Below are positions 35,377 to 60,073 of a stretch of DNA of 64,000 nt, in pieces. The stretch covers positions 43,090,001 to 43,154,000 of the forward strand of contig OZ231126.1 in assembly GCA_965153355.1 (NCBI GenBank). Reading direction: 5' to 3'. Both the position numbers and the translations under genes were made by a program. Each line of letters begins with the position of its first letter. Positions within the stretch are counted from its first letter, which is position 1. The stretch comes from Flaccisagitta enflata (taxonomy: Eukaryota). The notes beneath the pieces are model-generated. The model did not search any database. It saw only the letters and a list, made by a program, of their open reading frames with translations, and was not told the DNA's origin.

Positions 35377-36741
35377 TAGCAGTCTTTTCAAGGCCCATCT
35401 GGCTTAATGCATTAGGCACGAAGACCTTTTTTTCCCAAACCCAACTGGTCAGCTAAGTATTGACTTACATATTATTTTCTGCTTGGATATATGAAGAGAC
35501 AAAAAATATCTTCTGGGCCAGTGAGATTGTAGCAACATTGACGCACGTCGAAAGATTTTATGATTTAATGAATATAAAACTTTTTTTTTTGCTCTTACCT
35601 TTCTGTGAACTGTAATCAGGGCTTTTAAACCTAATGCGAATTGATGAAATATAAATTATGATCATATCATAACAGGTCATTATGAATTATCAACTATCAA
35701 CTACTAGATTATTAACTATTTTCCTAAGGAGATCTAAAGGAAATAGCTACGTTTTTAGTCGCGGACACCCGACTCGAGAACTTGCCGTGTCGGCCGGTCA
35801 CATTTTTGATTTTCGAGCTTTTCTGCTCCAGCCCACCGGTCCGCGACGAGGGGAAGTGTATACGGCCTTGTTATTAATGATCCGTTACCAAGTCGGACCA
35901 GGCCGATACGGAGTGACCAGTATGTAGCAAACCAACAGACCGCCGGACGTACCTTTGATCGTACGCGCAGATTTTGTGATATTCATTTGAATCATTTCAT
36001 ACTTATATATTCATATTGTAGTGGTTGAGAAACAAGCCCAACCGAGTATAGATGGGGGAGGGGTGTGGGACGTTGGCTGGTGGGGGAGGAGATCGAAGAC
36101 AGATTGCTTTCAGTGACAGGTGTCAGCCCTTTTAGCAACACAAGATCGCGAAGAAGTTTGCTTACAAAAACTCTTTAAGCTTTTACCAAGCGGTAGATGG
36201 ATGAATGTTGAACTAAAGAAAACGTTAAAACATTCGAGCATTTTTTTTTCAAGACGAAGAATAAGTTGATAGTTGCTGACCGTCACAAGAGGGTCTCGCT
36301 CTAATTCCATCATATATGGTCAAGCATAAGAGATGCCCGTTCATTGGCACGGTATTCATCGCTCGCATTATCTGTCATAATCACCTGGCAGCAAAATTGA
36401 TTAATACTCGACTTGTGTCATGACAGGGAAAAGAATAAAGTAAGAGAGAGAGAAAAAAAGGAAAAAAGATGAAGAAAAAAATCGTTACTGAACTCGAAAA
36501 AAATTACCGGGAAATACAGAATAATTTATGGCACTCGTTAAGTCAAGCCTTTGAATATAATTTTTTTTCCCTTCTTATGACTTTTCCGAGTTCCTTGACG
36601 CATCTTATTTCAATAATCACGGGGCAAAAAATGAAAACAGGAAAAAAAGGAAGGAAAGTTAGGAAAAACAGAAAAGAGGAAAAAAAAGGAAGGCAAAAGG
36701 AATGTTGAAAACATAAGAAAATCAAGAAAATCAGGACGAGG

Positions 36742-40974
<4,233 letters not shown>

Positions 40975-42306
40975 TTTTGTATCGACTTCTCACAATATTG
41001 TGTTTAGTACCATACATTTGTTTTCTTTCAATGTTCTCTTATCAATCTTTGTCCTTTAAAATGTTTCTTTGCCACTCTGCTCTTCGTTGTATCAGCGCCG
41101 ACATGGACAAGAAATCACGTCTGGTGCACACTTTGTCTATTGAGGTCAAATAATGGCATCGGATTATCATTCGGTATCGCCTATCCATAAATGAAAACTG
41201 CAAAAGAATATCAACATTACTTGTTTCCATTTGGGCGACAAGAAGCTCGGAAAATTAGATAATTTTTTTTCTAAAATTTTGATCCAAATTTAGCCCTTTG
41301 AGGGGTTAAAGGTGGAAATTGAAAAATCGCCACGGTGGCGCCAATTGTATCCACCTAGGGTGTCAACTGCCACTACAAATGAGAAAATTGATTGAACCAT
41401 GTGAGCTGTAGGGGGGCATGTAACAATTGGGTCCCTCCTCCGCTCTTATTAGGGTCCCTTCTGTACTCTCGATACTTGGCGTCATGAAACTCAATTTGTA
41501 ACTCGTCCGTCAACTTGACAGTTGACTCTCTCTAATTCACGATACGCAAATATCTTTAAATTTATCCATTTTTTTCAGGGACGGAAATGATGACAAATCC
41601 CATTTCTTCTTTGTAGCAACACGAATATCTGATCAGAACATCAGAGGAAGTTCGCTTAAACTGCGATGCGTCCTATTCTTTTATTTTCTTTGAAACCCAA
41701 TTGTTGGTTATTTCAAGTTGCAATTCTAAACCCCAACCTGACTAAACTTCTAAAGTATCTAAACCCCTCCCCTGCCCGACTCGACCGATTTAACTATATT
41801 TTCATTTTCTCAAAACCCATTTTGGTGGGTGGGATAGCAACTAATATTTGAACTACAAAATAGAAGCGACCGCTTCCCTGGGCCGGAACAACCTATAGGC
41901 ACATTAGGCACTGCCTAGGGCCCCGCGCCCAAGGGGGAAAAGAAGAAAAAGAAGGGAGAGGAAGAGGAAGAGGAAAAAAAAAAAGGAAAAGAAAAAGGGA
42001 AAGAAAAAAAGAGTAAGAGATTTGCTTATAAAAAACAGCAATCTTTTTGGTTTTTTGACAAATCTGGAAGGAGCTAAAAATGAAGATTAAAAAATGTTCC
42101 CAAAGCTTAGTCATGGCTAGAGTTGGGAGAACTTATGTCGTGACTGTCGGAATCGACAGTCACACCCCATGGTGTTGGCCACTCGACATCATGGTTAAAA
42201 AGCGTCACGACCTACTGACTGACAGACAAAGGAAAGGTGAAGAAAAAGAGAGAGAAAGAGACAGACTTCTGACTTTTCATATTCAATTCTCTCTTTCTTT
42301 TTATAT

Positions 42307-42406
<100 letters not shown>

Positions 42407-43294
42407 AATCCTGGATCACCTACAATTTTTTTCTTGCTAACTCTCCTGGTCTGTTTGCTTCGATTAAATTGTTTCCATGAATGCTATGCGTAGATGATGC
42501 TCCGCTTACAGCGTTGGAAATGAAGAATGTAAAAATTGCTGTATGTAAGGTGTAGGGATGGTGTCCCCATCCATATCGTCCTTTTGGTCCATCCAATAAA
42601 TCCCATTTCTTTCTTTGCTTCTATCCTTGTTTACAACTAGGGTATTCAAGGGTGTAGGGATGGTGACCGCATCCATATCGCCATTTTCTCTCTTACAACA
42701 AGTTTAAACAATGTTTCTTTTCGCGCGCAAAAGCATGTCTTAGAAAGGTTGTGTCTGTTGCTTGTTTAGTTGGTTGGTTGGTCAGTTGGAAACACTTTCA
42801 TTCTACTATCTGAATGGCGCCTATGATAGCCTGCTTTACCTTTTTTTCTTTTGTTGGACATAATCCTTTCATGAGGCTTTTAAAACAAGGCAGGAAGCAC
42901 GGCCAATTAGTGGTCGCTTGCGTGTTGGCAGGGGCAGTTATGAGGGTTGACAGAAGCTGTACATGGTAGAGCAGGGGCTGTGATGTGGCTAGGCAGGGGC
43001 AGTGATGCATAGAAATTTCACGACTAAAAAAAAGGAAGAAAACCACCATCTAATTACTAAATTGTTTCTTACAAAAAGGTAAAATGTTACGAGCATATCA
43101 TTCTTTCATTCATTCACTCATTGACTCATTCATTCATTCAATAATTCATTCATTCATTCTTTCATTAATTCATTCATTCATTCATACATCCTTTGTTAAT
43201 ATGCGAAGCATATACCAGTAACATATGTAAACTGAGACTGAATGGGAACCAAATTTCAAAGAACACGTCTTACAGTCTGCTGCATACCGTTTGC

Positions 43295-44055
43295 TTGTCC
43301 GTCTGTCTTTCTTTCTTTCCGTCTGTCTTTTACTTTCTTTCCATCTGTCTGTCTTTCTTTTTGTCTGTCTTTCTTTCTTTTCATCTGTCCGTCTTTCCAT
43401 CTGTCTTTCTTTCTTTCTTTCCTTCTGTCTTTCTTTCCATCTGTCTTTCTTTCTTTCCATCTTTCTTTCTTTCCTTCTGTCTTTCTTTCTTTCCGTCTGT
43501 CTTTCTTTCTTTCCGTCTGTCTTTCTTTCTTTCCATCTGTCTTTCTTTCTTTCCATCTGTCTTTCTGTCTTTCCGTCTGTCTTTCTGTCTTTCCGTCTGT
43601 CTTTCTTTCCGTCTGTCTTTCTCTCTTTCTTTCCGTCTGTCTTTCATTCTGTCCGTCTGTCTTTCTTTCTGTCTGTCTTTCTTCCTTTCCATCTGTCTTT
43701 CTTTTTTTCCGTTTGTCTTTCTTTCCGTATGTTTTTCTTTCCGTATGTCTTTCTTTCTTTCCATCTGTTATTCTTTCCGTATGTCTTTCTTTCTATCCAT
43801 CTGTATTTCTTTCTTTCCTTTTGTCTTTCTTTCTCTCCATCTGTCTTTCTTTCTTTTTGTCTGTCTGTCTCTCTTTCCATCTGTCTTTCTTTCTTTTTTT
43901 TCTTTCTTTTTTTCCGTCTGTCTTTCTGTCTGTCGTTCTGTCTGTCTTTCCGTCTGTCTTTCCTTCTGTCTTTCTGTCTGTCTTTCCGTTTGTCTTCCCG
44001 TTTTTCTTCCCGTCTGTCTGTCTGTCTGTCTTTTGTTCTTTCTTTCTTTCTTTCT
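43295..44055. repeat. Pyrimidine-rich minisatellite built from CTTTCC(A/G)TCTGTCTTT-type units
   Basis: Direct reading. Confidence 0.9.
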
Positions 44056-44307
44056 TTACCGTTTTTTTATTCTTTTTCTTCCAAGCAGACGGTCACTTAG
44101 TTTGTCGGTCGGTCACGATTTTTTGCGATTCGAGAATGAGCCGAGTTCATAAGAACAGTTTGAGCCTCAAATTGCTTTAGAAAAAAGAACCTCAAGCCTC
44201 AGAAAAAAATAACATGTTCTTATAAAAAGAAAAGAGTGTTATATTCGCGTGTATCTGTTATTCTGAATTATGGACAAACGGATAAAAGAAAGAATGGACG
44301 TACAGTA

Positions 44308-45047
44308 CATCTCGTCTAGACTTGAGATAACGGGGGCAAGCATTTTAAAAAAACAAATGATGCCAGAGGAGTGATATTTGAAGCATAGACTAATAAAAGA
44401 ATGCTTTATTGCCCATGATGGCTGGTTGCCATGGAAACACATTTCTATGTTTTTTTGCTAGAATATCAATATTTTGAGAATTCTTTTTTACGGAACATCT
44501 TCAGAAATTAGATTTGCTACAACTTTCCCGAAGTATGTTCTGTAAGAATGTCACTCGTTTAGCGGTTGCTTGGGGTTGTCACCAGGCCTTTTTTTAGTGA
44601 TTTTTTTGGCAGAGCCAACAGGGCTCTCTCAAACAATTTACAGAACTGACAGCTCATGTTAATAAAAAACAATGCTGGATGGTAGCTACCTAAATTGTTC
44701 GTGGTGGCAGGCATTGCAGAAGTGTGAAAATTTGCATAATCAGAAGCCACGACTCTAAGTAGGCTCGCTCTAAAAAAACTGTTGTCACACATAAGTACGT
44801 TCCAAGCAAATATTTGTACAGAACATACTGTGGAAAAATTTATAGCAAATTTTATTTTAAAAGCAATAGCCCTAAAAAATCTCTCTAAAATATTGAATAT
44901 TACAGACTTCCACATGAAATGTTCCAACAGCCAGCCATCTCATAGGAAATTAAGCATCCTTTATTGTGTTAGTCACTGACAATCCTCGCTCCTAACTGTT
45001 CCCTGTTTTCACAATGGCACGTTATTTCAAGTCTAGAGGCAGAGATC
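44308..45047. mobile_element. Diverged Tc1/mariner-type MITE
   Basis: Imperfect TIRs CATCTCGTCTAGACTTGAGATAACG / CGTTATTTCAAGTCTAGAGGCAGAGATC with TA flanks. Confidence 0.6.
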
Positions 45048-45622
45048 TACCTGTGCTGACAGTTGGGGACGCTACTTTTTCACTAAGACAGTGGTATATG
45101 CCTTACTAGTTTCATCAAGTCCCCACTGTTGCCTCATGAGTTAACACATGTTCGTTCAGCTGCGGCTGCTGCGTTCGATTATTTGCGCTATCATCGCAGC
45201 GACGGATGGGTAGCAGCGAACCCCCCCCCCTCCCCCCACAAACACGATGTATCACACCCGCGATATCAAAGAATGCGTACTTTGTGTTTTCACTCGTGTG
45301 TGACCGATGGACCGACGGACCAACATACGGACAAACAAAGCCTCTTAAGTCACTAGTCCGCAACATAAAAATGCTTACATGAATACCAGCCTGACATGCC
45401 TTGACATGACATGCCATTGCCACGGATGGATCTAGCGAGCCAGTAATGTTGGTTCACAAATTTGTTACATTGCTCAAAATGGACCTCATGAGCAGGAGCA
45501 GAAATGCTTGGCTTTCAAATGTTTCAATTTTCAACTCATGTTAACTGACAGACAGACCAACAGACTAAGCTTCCTATAGTTCTCAGTCAGCGATCGTACA
45601 ACTAAAAACCTATTAGAAATTT

Positions 45623-45773
45623 AACAAGGCCGGATATACGGCAGGACAGTCGTGGATGGTTGGGCAGGAGCAGTAAAGCAAAAACCGCCCGGAATTCAAA
45701 AATGTGACGGACCGACGGACGGACCTTCCGACCGACACGGCAAGGTGTAGAGTCGCGTGTCCGCGACTAAAAA
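45623..45773 (-). mobile_element. HINE family A copy
   Basis: Collinear with 10137-10210 joined to 12684-12776. Confidence 0.85.
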
Positions 45774-46551
45774 TGATTAGCACTAGCAGAGTACTCTGGA
45801 GTTGTTAAGACAAAATTGATTCCGATGCGCGCGATGACGGAAAAATGTTTATGATACGCGACAATATCTTCATTTTCTTCCACGACTTCACATATCCACT
45901 GTGTGCGATGTTTGCAGTAAAACCATTTGAAGGTAAGACGAGCGAAAAATGACAACTTCGATCAGAAATCGACACTCGCTATCAAGAAGGAACACCGAGA
46001 CCCGATGCAGTGGAATCTCTCCTTTTTCCCTAATTTGCATAATGCAGTCAGTCCTCAATTAAGGTTATGGAACTTTCGATGAGAACATTTGCTCATGAAA
46101 CTTCCTAGCTTCAATGAATGTTTTTGTTATAAGAGAAAAGTTGATATGCTTTTAGTGAGGTACTTAATCGTTTTTATCTACTTGCAGATTTACTGACAAG
46201 CTGTGACTCTAATTGAACCCAACAGCGTCTATTGTGATTTTTGTTAGCGAAAAGTGTTATGAACAATGAACATACAAGGATTTGAACGCGGATTTTTTTG
46301 CCATTACTCATCATTTTTCAAGTCGGATGTCCTCCGTAACTTACATGGCAATCTGAGACAAAAACGCATATTGACCTACCCTACTCTCTCACTTTCCCTG
46401 TCTCTCTTTGGGTGTTGGTAAAAACTTTTCTAAGAAGTGAGCCAAAAGTGGGGATTAGTTAAATACACCTAGAATCTGATTCATTCTTGACTTCTTTTCT
46501 TCACGTTGCGGCCCGATTGGCAACGGCGTGACCTATGGAGGCAAAAGCACT

Positions 46552-49388
<2,837 letters not shown>

Positions 49389-50079
49389 ACTTATCAACTC
49401 GAGCGTCGCGGCCCGGCCAGCCATCGGGCAATGCTTCTTTAAGAATTGTGTGTCTGCAACTAAAAAGCGATGTCCAAGACATGAATCTTAAAAAAAAAAA
49501 AAAAAAAAGAAAACCAAATAACGCAAAATAAAAAAAAAGATAAAATACGAACAGATAAGTTTTCGGTCAAAATTACAAACGTAATTCTCTAACTGCGACA
49601 AATGAGAGCAGAGAGTTGATGTAGAAGAACTTTTCCCGAGTGCTCTAGGCGTTGACAAGAAATACGTAGGATCGGAGCTTACCATCGCCAGTGAGCCTCT
49701 AGTCTGGGTAATGATTGCCTAGTATTGGACAAATTACCCCGGCCATTTAAGGAATTCATATCATAATGGTTTAATACCCATGGGGACGACATACGCTGTG
49801 GTATAAAAAAAGTATCCTTAAATGGCTAAATGAAGAAGTTTGCTGTTTTCTCGGCTCGACAAAATGTCGCCGAGGTGACGGTCGATCACAGTCTCTTAGA
49901 CCCTCTCAGACACTCACTAAAAATCACCAGCCCAAAACAGACCCAAACCAGACTCATACCAGACTCAAACCAGACTCAAACCAGACTCAAACAGGGGCGT
50001 GCAGACTCGAAAGACTTAAGATTACAGAAAAGATGGATGGAGGGACGGACTAAAGGACCGACACTGAGTGCTTTACATT

Positions 50080-50649
50080 GCTCAGCGATACCTGCTGCCC
50101 CGTTCTATGGTTGTGTAAATCGAATGAGGTAGGGCATGGCCCAGCGGGTCGATCCTTGCAGAACACAGGGACTTTTGTTCGCCCACTGGTCCGTTTGTTC
50201 AAACCATCTCAGGGCCCTCTCAGGCCTGAAACACTGCCTGAAATCTGCTCTTTCAGGCCTACAGCCTCTCCAGGTTTTGTAGGGCCCCAGCCCTCTCAGG
50301 CCTTGAATCTGAGAGGGCAGAATTAATGCCCCTGAGGACAGGTTTCAGGCTAGAGAGGGCAAATTCTAGGCCTGAGAAGGCAGATTCAAGGCCTGAGAGG
50401 GCAAATTTCAGGCCTGAGAGGGCAGATTTTAGGCCTAATAGGGCAGATTTCAGGCCTGAGAGGGCAGATTTTAGGCCTGAGAGGGCCTGGGGGGGGCGAA
50501 CAAACAAATGGACGAACAAAAGTCCCCTGTGTTCTACAGGACTTTGTCCCCTTTGGGGCCGCTGCCCAAGAAGGAGAAGGAGGAGAAGGAGGAGAAAATT
50601 CCCCATATGTGTGAAAGCATAGGTCATCGACCCCTTCGGGGCCGCTGCC
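50080..50649 (-). mobile_element. HINE family B with 21-bp array and doubled head
   Basis: GGGCAGATTTCAGGCCTGAGA units at 50330-50490; GGGGCCGCTGCCC at ~50555 and ~50640. Confidence 0.7.
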
Positions 50650-51521
50650 CAGCAACCCATTGCATAACGACTTCTGTAGGTATGCCATTTCCGGTATTAT
50701 CCATAACAGCGTAACGCCATTTTGGCGTCTATATGGCGTTATTGGAGGCGTTATTATTGTTGTCATCGCTGTCACTTTTTTGTCCATCTTTTTTACTCAT
50801 CATGGATTTTTTGTGATCATTTGAAAAAAAACTAAAGATACAAAAAATGTTAATAATAAACTATTAATAATGATTTTTTTTAATTTTTGATTTTTAATTT
50901 TTCATAATTCACTTTTTACTTTTCACTTTTCACTTTTCACTTTTCACTTTTCACTTTTCACTTTTCACTTTTCACTTTTCACTTTTCATTTCTTATTTTT
51001 TATCTTTCCTTTTTCCTTTTTTATTTTTTATTCTTTTTTCACTTTTTAGTTTCAGTTTTTTTTATTTTCTTTTTACTTTTTTACTTTTTGATTTTTTTCT
51101 TTTTTTTTCTTTTTTTCTTTTTTGACTTTTTTCCTTTTAATTTTTTACCTTTTTTTCCTTTTAATTTTTTTCCTCTTTGATTTTTTTTCTTTTGATTTTT
51201 CCACTTTTAATTTTTCCTATATAGTTTTTCTTTTTTCTTTTTTTTTAAACCTTTGATATCTAAGGTTTCATATCTAAATTCTAGTTTCATATATTTTGAT
51301 TATTTATTATTCAAAATTTTTACATAAAAGCATTTGTATATTCCTTTTATCAAAAATGTTTTGATAGAAAATGACCTAAGTTTGAAAATGATCAATCATT
51401 CTCCAACATGCTTAACATGAGATTCGATAACATCGATGTAATATGTATGCTGAAACGATTCTCTTGGTTTTGGTCTCAGTCTCTCATAGAGAGATAACAA
51501 CAGAGATACAGTGTGACAGAC

Positions 51522-51568
<47 letters not shown>

Positions 51569-51839
51569 TACACACAGACATTTCATTCTATGTTTATTAA
51601 CTTGCTTTAAAAAGCTTTGAATAACTTCAAATAGCTTCAAATTGTTGTAAATAGCTTTTGATAGCTTTGATAGCTTTTGATAGCTTTTGATAGCTTTATA
51701 TAGCTTTAAATAGACCGTAACGACCAGAAACGAAGTCGTTATATGCAAAAATCGTAACTATAAAGTCTTTGATGCTATTGGGGAATAGCAAAACGTGACA
51801 AAAAACGGGTTTCCGAATTTTCTACGCAATCCGTTGCTG
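50650..51839. mobile_element. Non-autonomous TIR element with 2-bp TSD (CMC-like), inserted in a HINE B terminus
   Basis: TIRs CAGCAACCCATTGC / GCAATCCGTTGCTG; CC duplicated; excision restores GCCGCTGCCCAGAAG; interior has (CACTTTT)n and (ATAGCTTTTG)n arrays. Confidence 0.65.
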
Positions 51840-53411
51840 CCCAGAAGTGCAAATTCAGATTGATTACCAGTCAGCAATTTCAGTCGATGCACTCAGGATT
51901 TTTACAGCTACTTGATATCTATGAGCAAATTAAAGAATTTCATATTTTCTTTGATATGGCGCCAAGAAAAAATATCTCACTGAATCTGTTCAACATTTAC
52001 GTTAAAACTAGATAAAATCATGAAAATCCTGTAATGGATTTTCAAATACTTCACAACCTGTCTTCATCCTAATGCCATTTCTAAACAAATAAAGCTAGGA
52101 CAAGCAGCATAGGCTCATTGGAAAGACCGTTTTCAACGCTACAAAATGGTTGTGGATTTTGCTAAGATTTTTGATTGGTACAGTTAGAACTTGTACGGTT
52201 TTTGGGCAGCGATCTATGCTTTTACACATGGGGAAATTTCTCCTTCTCCTTCTTCATCTTCTCCTTCTTCTGCGTACCCCCCCCCCCCCGGCCTCAAGAC
52301 CAAAATCCCAGCCTCGAGGCCCGTATCCCAGCCAACAGGCCAAATTACCATATGACAGGCCTACATCCCTGCCTCAAGGCCCAATTTCCAGCCCCAAGGC
52401 CCAAATCCCGGGCCTAAGGCCCAAATCCCAGCCTCAAAGCCTTAGTCTCAGCCCATAGACCCAAATCCCAACCACAGGAAGGAGAAAGAGAAATTTCCTC
52501 AAGTGTGAATACATTTGTTATCGGTCCCTTTGGAATAAGCATAAACGCAGTATGGCCATGGTTGTCTTTGTGTACACGTGAACAAATACAGTGCCTCTGA
52601 AGGACAGCAGATGTTTAGTTCCGGGATGATGTACACACATGCTACATACAGTTTTTATCTTATGCACACATATATAGAAAACGTCATATAGGCCCGGGGC
52701 AAAAGACTTGAGCACCAGTTGAGCAAATGGGCCAGACCAAATTTTCAGATTTAACTAGAGTCAGGTGACCATGACCTGACCATAAGACCGAATAAGGCTG
52801 TTGTATATGTCATACAATAGACTCTAATGGTGATTGAAAAGAAGACGTTGCCCTACTACAAGTGGTGGATGTGTGTGTGGGGGGGGGAGGGCTTTTTTTT
52901 TAATCGCCAAAAGGTTTCGTGAGCATGAGCGCGATACCGCTCAAAGATTTGATTGAATTTTAGAAAGAAATTACCTCCAGGCATTCCCTTTTCTTTCCCT
53001 CTCTTTTTTTTCTTTTTCAGGTGCGCCAACCCACATCTTTGAGAGGCTCTGTCCGTGGGTCAGGTTGTCGGTCGGTCAGGCTCGAATAGTTTTGTTGATC
53101 AAATTCCATCGGTCATACTCATCATTGTATTCAAATTCGATTTCTATTGATATTTAAAGGCATATTCATCATCATAATTATCATTCGTCCTATTCTTCAA
53201 TCTTCGTTAGAGCTCCGAGAAGTTCGGTAGATTCAGATAGGTCTGATACAGCTATCGATAAAGATTCCGATAAGGAAAAGGATAGTTTATGGGATATAGC
53301 AAGACGTATGATAATAATAAACGTATATAATAATAAACGTAAGGCGCACCGTCTTGTCCCGTCTATACGGCCTTGTTTCTTTTCAATTCAAAATTTCACA
53401 TCCTCCATTTC

Positions 53412-53520
<109 letters not shown>

Positions 53521-53552
53521 TCTTTCAGAGATTGCACTTTTTTTCTTTTCAC

Positions 53553-53620
53553 CTTGAAGGCTCCGGTACCATCCTGGTGGTGCCATCTGTCGCGGATTCC
53601 GTCCTCCACCGCCGCCAACG
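53553..53620 (-). CDS. Candidate isolated 68-nt exon of an unidentified transcript
   Basis: GC-rich island preceded on the minus strand by a ~40-nt polypyrimidine tract and CAG, followed by AAG|GTGAAA; all three frames open, product not recognised. Confidence 0.35.
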
Positions 53621-53822
53621 CTGAAAAAAAAAAGAAAAAACGAAAAAAAAAAAAAAATTGCAGGTTCTGATGAAAATGTGATCTCATCGAATCTTTTTTC
53701 CCCTTGCGGCACAAATTGGATGGGTATTAAAACGCGTTAAAAAAAGAGTAAAAATCAGATTAAATTTCTTCAGGCGCGCAGGGAGGAAAAAAAAACAAGG
53801 TTGTCAATGGAAAAACAGGTTG

Positions 53823-55080
53823 TCATCCTTTGTAGAGACAAAGGCTTCCATGTATCCTTGTAAATAGAGTGCTCATAGCACATGTGTTCATCTGATAAGT
53901 TGCATGTGGGTGACTTTGTAAATCGGCAAGTTGGCCGAATGTTCCGTTGGCACTTTTGAGCCTGGGGTTCATAAAATCACTGCCCTGCTCCTGGCCAATG
54001 ACCAATGGCCCAATAGTTCCACACTCTGCTCCATCCCAAATGCTCGGAACTTTACCGTCATCATTTTCTCCTTTTGTTTTTGGGCAGAATGACATGAAAT
54101 AGAGCAGCGATGAGTAGTATCAAAACAGCTAAAGTAAAATGTTGTGACATGAGGTTAAAGAGTGTAGTTTGCCAAACTCTGCCCACTGCCCACTTTCTCA
54201 TCCACGACGCCAAAGTCGCTTCATAGTTGGCTTGCAAATCTTTTAGCAAACGATAAAATGGGGGCCCAATTGGAAACTTGTTAGAAGGTCACGAAACTTT
54301 GTATAGTAAGATTTCTGAGCGATACAACCTCGTAATTCCCACCTTACCGTATGTCGCGAACTTTACATGATATGCACATTTCATGAATGCCATTTTATGA
54401 ATGCCACTTGATGCCATTCGATGTTACTCGATCCACAATGTAACTTCTTCTCAGGCTTTGGATCCGGTGGCAAATAAAACATCTCATGTTTTTTTTTCTC
54501 TCTATCATTGTCGCCATATGTTTTATTCCTGACAGTTATTCCCTTTCCTGTCTTCTCCTCTTCAGCTTTTTGTGCCGAAATGCCACTCAGCATAAAACAC
54601 AATTTAACATTAACTGTCGCCATCAATCTCTCGCCAGCGTCATGGACATTGTTGACATCTGTTTCTTTTTTCTTCTTATTTTCGTCTCGCTCTTTTGGTA
54701 TTTTTTCTCTGTTTTTCGCTTTCAATGGTTGCTTCATTTTGTTTGTCCATCTATAAGGCATTTTTACAAAGGGACACTATGAGAGTACGTACCTGTAAAA
54801 AGGTAAGAAAGTCGGTATCGACTCTTTTAGGATTACGCGGTCAAAAATCAAAATGGTAATTTCTGACCGTTATTGCCCCAGCTACAAACGATTCTTTCTG
54901 ATGTATAAATACAATGGAGACATCACAATTCACAAACAACATGTATATCAGTATATCTTGTAGTTGACATGTTCGATTATGTTGTCAGTGGCTACGCCAA
55001 TATATCCCACATCAACGCTTGTAAATTTTGATGGCTCTTTTGCCCTCCCAAAAAGTTACAAACGTCGAAGCATATTCCTG
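53823..55080 (-). pseudogene. Possible decayed coding relic of unknown origin
   Basis: Non-repetitive sequence with successive broken minus-strand ORFs (126, 62, 90 aa) and two acceptor-like sites (TTTGCAG ~55078, TTTACAG ~54793); no motif recognised. Confidence 0.25.
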
Positions 55081-55248
55081 CAAACAAAAGAATTGGGAAA
55101 GTTCGCGTTAACCTTATATCCCCCTGAACTGTGACGGCATTTCGCTGTGAAGGAGAACAAGGCCAAGTAGGTCAACGATGTGTCTTCTATAAGTGGATGT
55201 TATTCTATGAATGAATGTTTATCTAATGGATCGATATTTTGAATGATA

Positions 55249-55853
55249 ACACCCCTTCCATAATTAAGCGAACTGGAAAAAATGACCCAAATGGATAGTA
55301 AAAATGCCCTCAGAGTGATGAAATTTGACACAGAGATAGCTAAGACGTAGTACTTTGACGTAGAAGAGCGATGTTGGGGATTTTCCTGCATGTAGAGGGG
55401 GATGGAGGGTCTTTTACCGGAAGTGCAGCGTCACATTTTTGCCAATTTCTACGGGAAAAATGTTTCAAAGAGGAAGACGTATACCTTCAAGCATTTTAAG
55501 AAAGTGGGATGCAAAAAAAATGCCACATATCGCGTAATGCGGTCAGTTGACGCAGGAGAGTCAGTGGCGCAGAGGGAGGGGCAAGGAAGGACGCGTAAAC
55601 TAATAAAAGCTAAGGAAAAGAAGGTGACATATTGAAATCACGGCGAGAGAGGGCCCTAACGTGACCTTTCACTAATTTGCATAATTGAGCTCATAATGAG
55701 ATAGCCATTCACATTTTTGAGTCATTTTTTGCATTATGATGATGAAATTTACCGATGTTGATGTTTTACATTGTTTAAATTGATCATGCCCCTGTTTATC
55801 AACCCTTAAACAGTGTGTTTTCATCCCAGTTCGCCTAATTATGGAAGGGGTGT
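55249..55853 (+). mobile_element. Internally deleted Tc1/IS630-type transposon, inserted in a HINE (55156-56107)
   Basis: TIRs ACACCCCTTCCATAATTAAGCGAACTGG / CCAGTTCGCCTAATTATGGAAGGGGTGT, TA flanks, transposase N-terminal fragment inside. Confidence 0.85.
55402..55635 (+). pseudogene. Truncated Tc1-like transposase (N-terminal HTH region only)
   Basis: ...KTYTFKHFKKVG..ATYRVMRSVDAGESVAQREGQGRTRKL resembles a first HTH plus the GRPRK-like linker of Tc1-family transposases; no DDE domain; lies between TIRs. Confidence 0.7.
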
Positions 55854-56214
55854 TACAACGTTTGGATGAATGAATGAATGAATGAATGAATAAATGAATG
55901 AATGAATGAATGAATGAATGAATGAATGAATGAATGAATGAATGAATGAATGAATGAATGAATAAAAATGATGAAATGAAAAAATGAGAGGTTAGATTTG
56001 TGATAATTTTTTGATGAATGAGTCTCAGATTTGAATGTTTGCGTACAAACCGACAGACAGACAAACAGTCATGGCTTTTTATAGAGATGCGAAAACGCAT
56101 CTTAAAAGGAGGGAAAAAAATTCACTTTTCGTTCTCTGCCGGATAATAAAACTGTTTTCTGCGCCATTAACCCACTTCAGGACAGAGGCCTGCCTCCGTT
56201 TGTGTATACCTGAG

Positions 56215-60073
<3,859 letters not shown>

